DNA from: Calcarisporiella thermophila CBS 279.70
Taxonomy: Eukaryota; Fungi; Calcarisporiellomycota
Assembly: GCF_041956535.1 (NCBI RefSeq)
Contig: NW_027192200.1
Span: forward strand, 46,042-110,041
Length of the DNA stretch: 64,000 nt
Reading direction: 5' to 3'
The position numbers and the translations under genes are program-made. Below, in pieces: positions 63,288 through 64,000 of the stretch. The notes under the pieces are model-generated. The model was not told the origin of the DNA, did no database searches, and saw nothing but the letters and a program-made list of their open reading frames with translations. Numbering within the stretch: position 1 is the stretch's first letter; each line of letters starts with the position of its first letter.

Positions 63288-64000
63288 TGGATGCTTCAAG
63301 ACGATGCCAAACAATCCTTAAATTGATGACCTTTACATAATTAAATATAAAATATCAATAATTACTATAATATTTTAATTTTTCAATCCCAACGAGTATC
63401 TTAATAAAAACGGTCTACTTTCTTTACACTTAGGGTTTGATATATTGTGCTTAGTGTGATCTGAAGTTTTTAATAGTAACTGTACCTTTGATCCAACAAA
63501 GCAAATACTATATAAAAAGAGGACGAAAAGACTCTTGTAGGACACAACAAGATAAATGTACAGTAATGTAATGAGGGACAAGTGAACTTGGTTTAAGCAA
63601 ATTAAAAATATATTTAAGACAAGGGAAAAGAAAAACCAAGTATTGAATTGATAAAAGTAAGGAAAAATGGAAAGGATTAAATAGAGATAGAAAATTAGAA
63701 AATCAGAAAATGGCTCAAAGAAAATTACGTCCAAAATCAAACTAAAAATGCTTTTCAAAAGAAAGGCAACAAGATCGGGAAGGTAAAAATGACAAAGATC
63801 AACGAGGTAACGAATTAGGTTAGGCGTTAGACAAAACTTGAGCTCTCTGGTGTAATGGGAATTGGAGCAGCAGATCTGGCACGAGCACAATACAAGCTGG
63901 ATCTTGATAGCAAAATCATCAAAGCTAGTAAATTCGATAATAAAAGTACGGCAGAAGAACGGGAAGCATTCTTGTAATTTGCGCCTGGCTTCTGAATATC

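Noticed and set aside
63375-63890. 171-aa hydrophobic ORF on the - strand
   Set aside because: F/L/I-rich translation of an A-rich opposite strand; compositional artefact, possibly decayed TE sequence.

Overview
Eukaryotic, intron-containing fungal DNA; it is probably from an early-diverging (Zoopagomycota/Mucoromycota-like) fungus, but that is inferred from gene content and style and not proven. The window is mostly housekeeping genes: BRR2, RPL3, SmE, enolase, carboxypeptidase Y, a DEDDy exonuclease, a RING-H2 ligase, an MCT-type MFS transporter, LYS2, alanine aminotransferase, an MIT-domain protein, a GPCR-like 7TM protein, a Kv-beta-type aldo-keto reductase, ERCC1/RAD10 and G-beta. Several orphan secreted or low-complexity proteins lie among them. 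There is an assembly gap at 57849-58530, followed by an AT-rich accessory end with a decayed Sola-like transposase and an M35 metalloendopeptidase that lacks a prodomain. I find no multi-gene novel system that I can support. The best leads are: catalytic residues placed on 9-12 nt micro-exons in two unrelated enzymes; a compensated frameshift pair in a repeat protein; twin introns at the same Walker A position in both BRR2 cassettes; a GC-AG intron; the prodomain-less peptidyl-Lys metallopeptidase; and a speculative telomerase-template-like motif in a 2 kb CDS-free interval. Exon boundaries were worked out by hand.
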